This document shows positions 48,306 through 64,000 of a stretch of 64,000 nt of DNA, in pieces (position 1 is the first letter of the stretch; each line of letters starts with the position of its first letter). Under the pieces are notes generated by a model. The model had not been told where the DNA came from. It saw only the letters and a program-made list of their open reading frames with translations, and did not search any database. The stretch is from the human T2T-CHM13v2.0 reference genome, Homo sapiens. The DNA lies in assembly GCF_009914755.1 (NCBI RefSeq), contig NC_060930.1. One strand, written 5' to 3'. The position numbers were made by a program, and so were the translations under genes.

Positions 48306-50631
48306 TGATACAGTTTGGCTGTGTCCCTGCCTGAAATCTCATCATGAGTTATAATTCCCATAATCCCCACATGTCAAGGGTGGGACCAGGTGGAGGTAAT
48401 TGAATCATGGAGGCAGTTTTCCCATGCTTTTCTTGTGATAGTGAGTGAGTATCATGAGATATGATGGTTTTATAAGCATCTGGCATCTCCTTTGCTTGTA
48501 CTTACTCTGTCCTGTCACCCTGTGAGGAAGGTGCCTGCTTCTCCTTTGCCTTCTGCCATGATTGTAAGTTTGCTGAGGTCTCTCCAGCCGTGTGGAACTG
48601 TGAGTCAATTAAACCTCTTTCCTTTATAAATTACTCAGTCTCTAGTATTTCTTCATAGCAGCATGAGAATGAGCTAATACAGTAAATTGATACCTCGGTA
48701 GTTGGGGGGCTGCTGTAAAGATACCTGAAAACATAGAAGCAACTTTGGAACTGGGTAACAGGAAGAGGTCAGAACGGTTTGGAGGGCTCAGAAGAAGACA
48801 GAATGATGTGGGAAAGTTTGGAACTTCCAAGAGACTTGTTGAATGGTTTTGACCAAAATGCTGATAGTGATATGGACAATGAATTCCCAGCTGAGGTGGT
48901 CTCAGATGGAGATAAGACACTTCTTGGGAATTGGAGCAAAGGCGACTCTTGCTATGTTTTAGCAAAGAGACTGGCAGCATTTTGCCCCTGCCCTAGAGAT
49001 CTGTGGAACATTGAAATTGAGACAGATGATTTAGGGTATCTGGTGGAAGAAATTTTTAAATGACAAAGCATTCAAGAGAAACCAGAATATAAAAGTTTAA
49101 AAAATTTGCAGACTGACGATGTGATAGAAACGAAAAACCCAGTTTCTGAAGAGAAGTTTAAGCCAACTACAAAAATTTGCATACGTAACAGGGAACGAAA
49201 TGTTAATCACTAAGACAATGGGGAAAATGTCTTCAAGGCAGCCCTTCAAGGCAGCCCTTCTCATCACAGGCCCAGAGGCCTAGGAGGGAAAAATGGTTTC
49301 CTGGGCGGTGTCCAGGGCCTCTCTGCTCTGTGCAGCCTGGGGACATGGTGACCTGTGCCCCAGCTGCTCCAGCTCCAGCCATGACTAAACGGGGCCAAGG
49401 TACAGCTCCGGCCATGGCTTCAGAGTGTGCAAGCCTCAAACCTTGGCAGCTTCCATGTGGTGTTAAGACTGTGGGTGCACAGAGGTCAAGGACTGAGGTT
49501 TTAGAACCTCTGCCTAGATTTCAGAGGAGGTATGGAAATGCATATGTATGCATTTGCCTGGATATATGTATATATGATTCTGCCTGGATGTACAGGCAGA
49601 AGTTTGCTGCAGGGGTGGAGACCTCATGGAGAACCTCCACTAGTGCAGTGTGGAAGGGAAATGTGGGGTTGGAGCCCTACACAGAGCCTTTGCACTGCCT
49701 AGTGGAACTGTGCAAAGAGGACCTACATTCTCCAGACCCCACAATGGTAGATCCACTGCAGCTTGCACCATGAGCTTGAAAAAGCCACAGACATTCAATG
49801 CCAGCCCATGAAAACAGCCAGGAGGGGGACTGTATCCTTTGAAGCCACAGGGTTAGAGGAGCCCAGGGCTGTTGGAGCGCATCTCTTACATCAGTGTGAC
49901 CCAGATGTGAGACATGGAGTTACAGGAGGTCATTTTACAGCTTTAAGAGCTGACTGCCTTGCTGGATTTCAGGCTTGCATGGGGCATGTAACCCCTTCCT
50001 TTTGGCCCATTTCTCCCATTTGGAATGGGTGTATTTACCTGATTCCTGTGCCACCATTGTATCTAGGAAGTAACTAACTTGATTTTTATTTTACAGGCTC
50101 ATAGGCAGAAGGGACTTACCTTGGCTCAGGTGAGACTTTGGAATTGGACTTTAGAGTTAATGCTGGAATGAGTTAAGACTTTGGGAGACTGTTGGGAAGG
50201 CATGATTGGTTTTGAAATGTGACAGGGGCATGAGATTTGGGAGGGGCCAGGGGCAGAATGATATGGTTTGGCTGCGACCCCACCCAAAATCTCTTCTTGA
50301 ACTATAATCCCCATAATCCCCATGTGTCAAGGGTGGGACCAGGGGGAGGTAATTGGATCATGAGGCAGTTTTCCACATGCTGTTCTCATAATAGTGAATG
50401 AGTCTCATGAGATCTGGTTTTATAAGTGTCTGGCATTTCCCTTGCTTGCACTCACTCTGTCCTGCCACCCTGTGTAGAAGGTACCTGTTTTTCTTTTGCC
50501 TTCCACTATGATTGTAAGTCTTCTGTGGCCTACCCAGCCATGTAGAACTGTAAGTCAATTACACCTCTTTCCTTTATAAATTACCTAGTCTTATGTATTT
50601 CTTTATAGCAGCATGAGAACAGACTAATACA
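48306..50631 (+). mobile_element. Complete THE1D-like MaLR provirus (LTR 48306-48681, internal 48682-50258, LTR 50259-50631)
   Basis: Two similar LTRs, THE1 internal sequence (WESLELPRDLLNGFDQNADSDMDNE), polypurine tract before the 3' LTR, perfect TSD CATAT at 48301-48305 and 50632-50636. Confidence 0.96.
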
Positions 50632-50959
50632 CATATCTGTGCTGCACTTCACACATTTATGCCACTAAATTCTTCTTTGCTAATATTTATCATGATGGGC
50701 CAAAGTGGAACTGCTGCAATTGGCCATTTGATATCTAAGTCATGCAAGGTACATGCAGACAAATGTGATATTGCCATGGAAAGCACAAAAAATAGACTTA
50801 CCAACCACAAAATATTAGAAGCATCTCCTGTCCAATTGATATTGTTTAATATATTTGAAGACTGTATTCCTTTAAAAAATGAAAGCCATGAAATGAAAGA
50901 AATCATAACTGTTCTCTGGCTAGCATAATCAAGAGACAAGTCAAATTTTTTTCACCCAC

Positions 50960-51010
50960 TATCAGTCTGGTTTCTCCAAATAAACAAAAGGAATAGAAGA
51001 CACGCACGCA

Positions 51011-51050
<40 letters not shown>

Positions 51051-51477
51051 ATTTATTTTAAGGAACTGACTCATACAAGCCTAAAGGAGCAATATTGAAA
51101 GTTATAAAGGCTGAGAAGTCCCAGGATCTGCAGTTGGTAAGCTGGAGACCTGGAATAACCAAGGGTGTAGTTCAAGTTTGAGACTGAAACCTTGAGAACC
51201 AGTGGTGTAAGTTCAGTCCAAGTATAGGAGAAGATGGATGTCCTAGCTTAAAAGAAAAGTCAGGTAGACAGAAAATTCTCTCTTACTCTATCTTTTGTTC
51301 TATTTGGGCCTCCAATGGATTGATGAGGCCCACCCATATTGATAAGGGCAATCTGCCTTACTCAGTCTACTGATGCAGGTGTTAATGCCATCCAGGAACA
51401 CCCTAATAGATACACCCAGAATAGCATTTAACCAAATATCTCATCACCCTGTACCCCAGTCAAACTGACACATCACA
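50960..51477 (-). mobile_element. MLT2 LTR (ERVL) with an internal (CA)n at about 51001-51047
   Basis: GAGATTTATTTTAAGGAACTGACTCA...GGATTGATGAGGCCCACCCATATT...CCAGTCAAACTGACACAT. Confidence 0.85.
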
Positions 51478-52000
51478 AATTTACCACCCCTTGTCAAATT
51501 GGCACTCACACATTTCCTTAAATCATACTTAATCTCCAAAAAAAAAGATAATAACAAGATAATTCAACCTAACATAATACAACTATTCTACATACAACCA
51601 GAAATACACTAATTTCTTCTCAGAAGAGGAGGTGAAGTTCTTAAATGATGTTTACTCTTCTCCTTGATATTCTGCAACTTAAATACTATGATGTAAAATT
51701 AACAATACTTAAATACTATGATATCAAGTCAATACATTTTATGTTACATGATAAGGGAATAAGAGGAAGAAGATAACAAAGCAATTTGCTGTATGCATAC
51801 ATACTCATGCACACACAATATTCATAACAAAATAAAGAAGAAATAAGTTACAATCCTTGTTTCTGTAAATGGCCACATGGTGGTAGCTGGTATTTACAAC
51901 TGCCTTCTTCTGTGATCCCATTTTGTATACCCTTTGTCTTCAGTGAGTACCTCAGTTGGTCATGGTTCTTTACCTGGTGGAGTGACCTGAGCTCTATTCA
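51478..52000 (-). mobile_element. ERVL internal 3' segment attached to the MLT2 LTR
   Basis: CCACCCCTTGTCAAATTGGCAC (antisense PPT region)...CAACTTAAATACTATGATGTAAAATTAACAATACTTAAATACTATG. Confidence 0.75.
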
Positions 52001-55000
52001 CTAGTGGAGCATGGTTTCAGTCTCATAAAATGGTGCTTTTTAATTATTTTAATGATTATGTCCCTCAAGTGTATACAAGGAGTAACAGTGTAACAGTGTA
52101 ACACCCTACTTTCTGTTTACATCCAGTAGAGTTCTATAGTGGTTCCATAGTAGTTTGTCATGTGTGTGCATGACAGAAAAAAAAATAAGAAAGAAAGTTA
52201 AATGTAAATCATTTTATAATATTTAAGATGTCTTTTAAAATGTGGATTAATTCCTTGCCTTTTTATTTATCTCCCAACACAGCATTTTCCTTTAATTCTA
52301 AGTTCATTCTCTTTGCTTCAGAGTTAATAGCAATGTCCGTTTAACATCAAACTCCAAGAACTCATTATATGGGTCATCACTGTATGCTTTGGAGAATTCA
52401 ACTTTCCTGAACTGTGAGTCAATTTTGATTTCTCAATATCTATGCAAAACAGTTGCTAAATGCTAATAACATAGAAAATGAAATATACTCAATCATCATT
52501 TGGAATTTTTTATGAGAGAGACCATGAGTGAAAATTTAAATCTACACAATTTTTATGAGCTCATATATCTGCTCTGCTTATAATTACCACAATCATTTTC
52601 CAGCTAATAGAATAATCATTAGGAACAGATAATTTAATAATATGTACTCATTAATTGTTCCATATATACTTTCTTGACCTTTGAGTGAAAATAATACCTT
52701 GTAGATATATTAACTGTGGAGATTAAAAGGTGGAGGGCTTGAGAATCCATAGTTGGTTGTTTCAGACGCAGAAAGACATATTTTCAGAGTTTTCCTAGTA
52801 GAGCCAATAGAGAGATGAAAGGAGGTCAGAGATATGCTAATCTGCATCAAGATGTGTCAGACAATGGAGAAGATTATGATATACTGAGTTAATGTCACTG
52901 GTTATTAAGAGAAAGATGCATAATTTAGCATTTCCTACTAAAATTTTATTATAAGGAAACAAAGACGTACTGAGGAAGGGCCATCAAGCTCATCTCCTGG
53001 AATTATTTTCTTTTTGGCTTAATCCATGCTGATTACCATCACTCATTAATGACTCATCAGGGGAAAGTCTTACCTTTTTCTATTATTTTCATTGCATCAA
53101 CTTTAATTAAATGTATTCAGCTATTGTGTAACAGATATTTTATTAATAACGGCTCAAACTGTCATGGAAAAATGTCCTGTTCAATAGTGTCATCATATCA
53201 AATTCAGGAGGGAGAAAAAAAAGATTTAACTCAGAATCCAGGTATAGCATTAAAAAAAAAAAAGCTGTAGTCTTACACATCTTTGTCTCATTGTCAGTAA
53301 TACCCCTCACTGTAATTACTGCTACCACTGGTGATCACCAGAAACTGACATTGTGAACAGTATTACTTTAAAAAGGAAGCTCCAATGCACTACAGTGACA
53401 TTATCCTCTTGTAATCCATGTCCTTTGAAAAGCCAGAGTTTAGCTTTCCTAATGTAAAGCGCATTTGCCTCTTTGTTCTTTTCTCAAGTTACATTAAGTT
53501 AACCAATGTTACATTTTTATTACAATATCGGTGCGCCAGGTAATATAAGTCTAATATAACTTTAATATTCTAACTTAAAATCAAAATTTTATTATTTGAA
53601 TATACTAAAACTTATATTTGATGTGATTAGTTCTTTCAACTGTAGGGTCTTCTGCTCAAAGAAAAATGTGAGGAATATTCAAAGCTTAAATAAAACTACC
53701 AATTAGCATTCCAATTACCGAAATTTTTTTAAAAAATAATTATTAGTCAAAAGCAGTGCTATTTTATATAAACAACTAATTTCTTCTTATACTTAAATAT
53801 TAATAAGTCCTATTTTCAATATTCTAACATTACAATTTTAAATGGAAAACTTCATGAAAAACTATTAGCACAATAAGATTCCTCTCTCCTTCCTCTATCC
53901 AAAGATAGAATTACATCTTTAAATTATACGTAATGGGAAATAAACTTTATATTATTACAAAAATGAAAAATGGGCTTAAAGAATAGAATGTAGAGCTTTA
54001 AATTAGTATTTTTCCTCTAATGATCAAACCACTATTGAATACACTAATTCACTCATGCTCTCAGATGCATTATCTATAATTATTTTTTATTTTAATAAGT
54101 CTAGCATCAAACACAAAGTTACTGAAAAGAAGAGATAAATAATATTTAAAATCCTAAATTAATAGCACACTGACCTGACCCTTTGGGCATTTGTTTCTCT
54201 AGTTTAAAATAAGGTGGAGGTACTGAAAATAACTTGGATTTTAAAATCAATCAGACTTCTGTATATAACAGCTACATAAGTTTTGGTAGGCTATTTAATA
54301 TTTCTGAGGTTGTATCATGGGTGAAAATATTGGAAATAACCTACAAGAGATATCTGGTTCAAAATAAGTAAGTAGGGTCAAGTATTTCTCCTCAATCTCA
54401 GATTCCATTCAAATGGTACAACACAAATGCAAAAAAATTTCTGGCAATGCTGAATGTCTGGGAGGGTGTCACCAATTGATCAGAATAGTCAACTTTGTAG
54501 AAAATACAAAGCAAATGACAGCAGGACAAGAAAACCCAAGCAAGGCAAGAAAAGAGCAAAGCCATACAGTAAAAGAACAGGACCTCTTACAAATGAATCC
54601 TGATAACAGAACCCAAGAATAACCTGCAGCATGATTAAAGCAGAGTGATTATGAAAAGGAATGGTCAATGGGCCTTTTGCCAGGTAATTAGTTGAAGAAC
54701 AGAGCAGTTCACTATTGGTTCTACCCTGAGGATATAATCACGCAATAGCTTTCAAACTGGAAATTCTGCAACTGAATATTAGTAAAGTAGGCAGTGGTGC
54801 CAGAAAGAAATGAAAGTGCTCCCAGGTAGCTTGTAATTAGCCCCAAAGACAAGGACTGCCAGCTCAGAAGTCAAAGAAGTTTCATAATCTGGTCATGTGC
54901 CCCTTCTTAACCCAATACACACAAAAACACAAACACACACACACACACAACACATATTCAACTACTTGAGTTATAGCTACTATAATCCAATTCTATATTC

Positions 55001-55049
55001 ACATTTACTGCCAAGAGACACCATTGTTCAATTGGATAGAGAAAAGGCA

Positions 55050-55620
55050 TCCAGGCCAATAATTTTGATCAGCAAAGATCCTCATCTACAAATGCAAATA
55101 ATAAGAATCAATAGACATTTGAAGATATGTAACATGAAAGAGACAAATAAATCTTAAATAGAAAAATGAAATCATAAGCAAAATATTAATACAGAAAAAA
55201 AGGAAATATTAAGACCAGAAAAACCGTTTCAGAGGTATTTAAGAAGACGGTACAATCATTGAAAAAAAAAAAAAAAACAGAAGAAAAAGCTGCATTGAAA
55301 AAAAATAGAAGAGTACTTAAAAACTTAGAACATAATTACTGATATAAGAATTTAATAGATATAGGCTAAACAGTAGATTTTACACAGTTAAAGATTTAAT
55401 TAAGAGATCTGAAAATTTAAAGCAGGGAATTCTCTCAGAAAAGATATGCAGAAGGACAAAGAAATGAAAAACATAAGAGAAAAAGAAAAGGATGTGGAGA
55501 TAAAGGTAGTATTCCAACGTGACTGTAGAAGTTCCAGAAGAAGAAAACAAGTAGGATGAGAAATAGGCAAGAGTAATAATATTAAATAGAATTTAAGATA
55601 GAATTTTCCAAAATTTATTT
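55050..55620 (+). mobile_element. Very old L1M ORF1-like fragment
   Basis: A-rich coiled-coil-like stretch (GGCTAAACAGTAGATTTTACACAG...GAAGTTCCAGAAGAAGAAAACA). Confidence 0.5.
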
Positions 55621-55629
55621 AGATTAAAA

Positions 55630-60920
<5,291 letters not shown>

Positions 60921-60928
60921 ACATTAGT

Positions 60929-61216
<288 letters not shown>

Positions 61217-61510
61217 TTAGAGTTCATCACAAAAATAGAATAGTCATAGCTTTCTATAAATAGAAAGCTTTTTGTAACAAAGAGCTTCTAGTTACCTCTC
61301 TACATACTTTTGTCTTTTGATTTTTAATTGTAATATGTATAATCATATTATTTTAAAGACAAAGCTTGCATGCCATGTGCCTAGTATAGTGCCTTTTATG
61401 CTCAAGAAATGATAGTGCTTTATCATACTTTAAAATTTGATGACTTGTTTGAATTGAGTAAACTGGTTAATAGAAATATTCATACAGTCAGCACATACAC
61501 AGAATAGCAA

Positions 61511-61879
61511 TGTATTAATCCTTTTTCATGCTGCTATAAACAACTGTCCAAGACTGGTTAATTTATAAAGGAAAGAGGTTTAATTGACTCACAGTTCAGC
61601 ATGGCTTGGGAGGCCTCAGGAAACTTACAATAATGGTGGAAGGTGAAGGAGAAGCAAGGCACCTTCTTCACAAAGTGGCAGAAAGGAGAAGTGCCAACAG
61701 GGGAAATGCCAGATGCTTATAAAATAATCAGATCTTGTGAGACTTACTCATTATCACAGGAACAGCATGGGGGAAACTCCAATGATCCAACTACCTCCAC
61801 CTGGTCCCACCCTTGACAGATGGGGATTATTACAATTCAAGGTGAGATTTGGGTGGGGACACAGAGCCAAACCATATCA
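61511..61879 (-). mobile_element. THE1D-like solo LTR
   Basis: TGTATTAATCC...CAAACCATATCA; TSD AGCAA/AGCAC. Confidence 0.92.
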
Positions 61880-64000
61880 AGCACCCTTTGTGTATTATAA
61901 TACTCTGGAGATTTAAAATATTTCTATGGCCTTAGATTTTCACTAAAGCTCTGCAAGGATTTCCATGTTTTATTTCTGATCTAAAAATGAAATCGCTGGG
62001 ATTCATCTACTCAATGATCATTTAGAAAAGTTTGCTGTCAGGAGTGTAACCTGTATCTGCTGACTTCAAATTGTTTAAAATTTCCACTAACCTCGCTGTG
62101 AGAATCTGAGGAAACGTAAGTGAAATACTATTATTCTTGTCATAGATCATGGAGTAAAAACAGCCTGTCAAGGTCAAACATGCAAAGTAATGAGGATTTT
62201 TTTTTCTTTTTTACCTCTGAGCCATAATTTGGTCACCACTTCACTTATGATATCCAACCAATTAACACCCTCTGTGAACATTTGGAAAATGCTTCAATTT
62301 CCAAATATTAGATTGGCTACTTGTCCTTTATTAGAAATGGAAATTGAAGAAGCAACAAAGCAATACACTTCCATAGATTCTAGCTGATAGCCTGTGAATT
62401 CCAAGTGCTGCACCTAAAACTATTTCAAGGTCACAAGTAACATAAACTTGTTAGGTATTTGTTAATAATAAAGAAAATGAAATAGGAAAATGGTAATATT
62501 GCCAGAACCTCGGCATATGTTGATTTCTTTTATTGAACTGCTAATGTTGACATAAAAAAGAAAGGTCAGATAAAGTTTCTTCAATAATTTTGAATTCTAA
62601 AATGTCATTAGGCAAAACTTCTTAAACACAAAAACTAATAAAGATAATATGAAATTAGTAACATGACTCATGCTACTTATTAGTATTTCCTTCCTTGCCC
62701 ATTCCTTAAGCAGATGAAACTACTCTGTCTTCTTATAAATTAATGCCATAGGCTTAAAGATAGTAAAAGCATGCAAACACTATATTCTCATAGATAGCTT
62801 CATCTCCAAATTGATGTTAGCATTAAGGATATCTGTATAATAAAAAACTATCTATGTTACAGAAAAGTCTCCGTTGTTGAACTTCTACATTCCTGAATTT
62901 CAGATAATTACAGCGATTTATTGTCCTTGGAATTTATGGTCATTTTGTGGGCAAATGTAAATTGCCATTTTCTTTCAGCACAATATGTTATAATTTCAGA
63001 GCTATTTAAGCAATGCACCAAAAAAAAGCACAGAGAGTAGATAAATGGAAATTGCTAAAAGTAATTCAATAAATAACAATCAAAGCAGGACAATCAAAAA
63101 GGAAAGTCTTGTGGGGAAAAAAAAAAGCCAAATTTAGAACCTTTAAAAGTGAGTCTTATTTTGTTTCTTGAAATATTATTTAACACGTCTACTCTTTTGG
63201 ATCTGAGAAGTTGGATCACAATGGAAAAGGGATAAAATTCACCCCCCGCCCCGCTTATGTACCCCTTGGGTTCTTTTCTTCAGCTTCAATTTTCTGATGT
63301 TCTATACTGGGCTCAAACTTGATACTCCTAATGAGGCGAAGAAACACTCACTTCATTCCTTAGGAAAACTGCATTCAGCTCAAAAGTTCATATGAACAGT
63401 TTTATTAAAATGCAAAACCAAAAGCATGCAAAAAAAGACTGTATAAAGTTTGGCTAGAGTAATAAATAGGGACTCTCACTAAGATCGGATAGTCTCCATT
63501 GCTCTGGATGTTCTATAAAGATACCAAAGTAAGATTTGCAAACACACTAGTTGCCTGTCTGATGAGAGTTCCAACTTCTCTCTAGATTTCTTTCTAGTTC
63601 AAATTCTACCTATGAACAGCTCATCAATAACCATCCTAGCATCTGGTTTGACTTAATTCCATTGCAAAGAGCTTTATGGAAAAAATTTTCTACACTCCAG
63701 GTTGTAACACGAAAACCTTGGGACTGTAATATCCTTCCCAACTCCCAAAATAGGAAGTTTCTGAGAGTCCGAAGAATAATGCAGACAAGTCCAGCTGGAC
63801 AAGTGGATGAATTTATTAAGACTTACATATGGGGGCACTCCTGGGTGGCAGCAGGATGACTCTAGAGATCCATGCTGCCTCCCATCTCTAGGCTGCTTTT
63901 TAGCTAATTTTCTGGCCCTTTGTCTACTGTGTGTGTGCCATGGGATTGTTTCCCTTGATAGTTTCATATTCTCTGGGAAGCTATGTAAATGATGTTAGCC

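Noticed and set aside
48779-50077. THE1 internal ORFs as a host gene
   Set aside because: These are standard broken MaLR internal ORF remnants

Overview
This is AT-rich primate (probably human) non-coding DNA, dominated by transposon relics. I find no supportable protein-coding gene, RNA gene or CRISPR array, and almost all ORFs in the track are fragments of L1, Tigger1, THE1 or other LTR elements, or chance ORFs. Main blocks: (i) 8.4-18.7 kb, a minus-strand L1MA with an internal deletion that hosts Tigger1 (itself holding a TSD-less L1PA), an Alu, MSTA and a MER30-type MITE; (ii) 21-27 kb, largely unique DNA with TALE/HOX/POU motif clusters; (iii) a truncated LTR12 and old ERVL/MaLR remnants at 29.5-35 kb; (iv) a near full-length L1PB with a MER50 solo LTR; (v) a complete THE1D provirus, an MLT2/ERVL piece and a 5'-truncated L1PA. 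The most notable signal is missing from the ORF track. The apparently unique DNA at about 43.5-47.9 kb (+) is a heavily decayed but collinear Ty3/Gypsy retrotransposon of Mag/K02A2.6-like type (gag, zinc knuckle, protease, RT, RNase H, integrase), older than the MLT1C and MER5 elements inserted into it. Repeat subfamily names come from my recall of consensus sequences, not from a database search, and boundaries of old elements are approximate.
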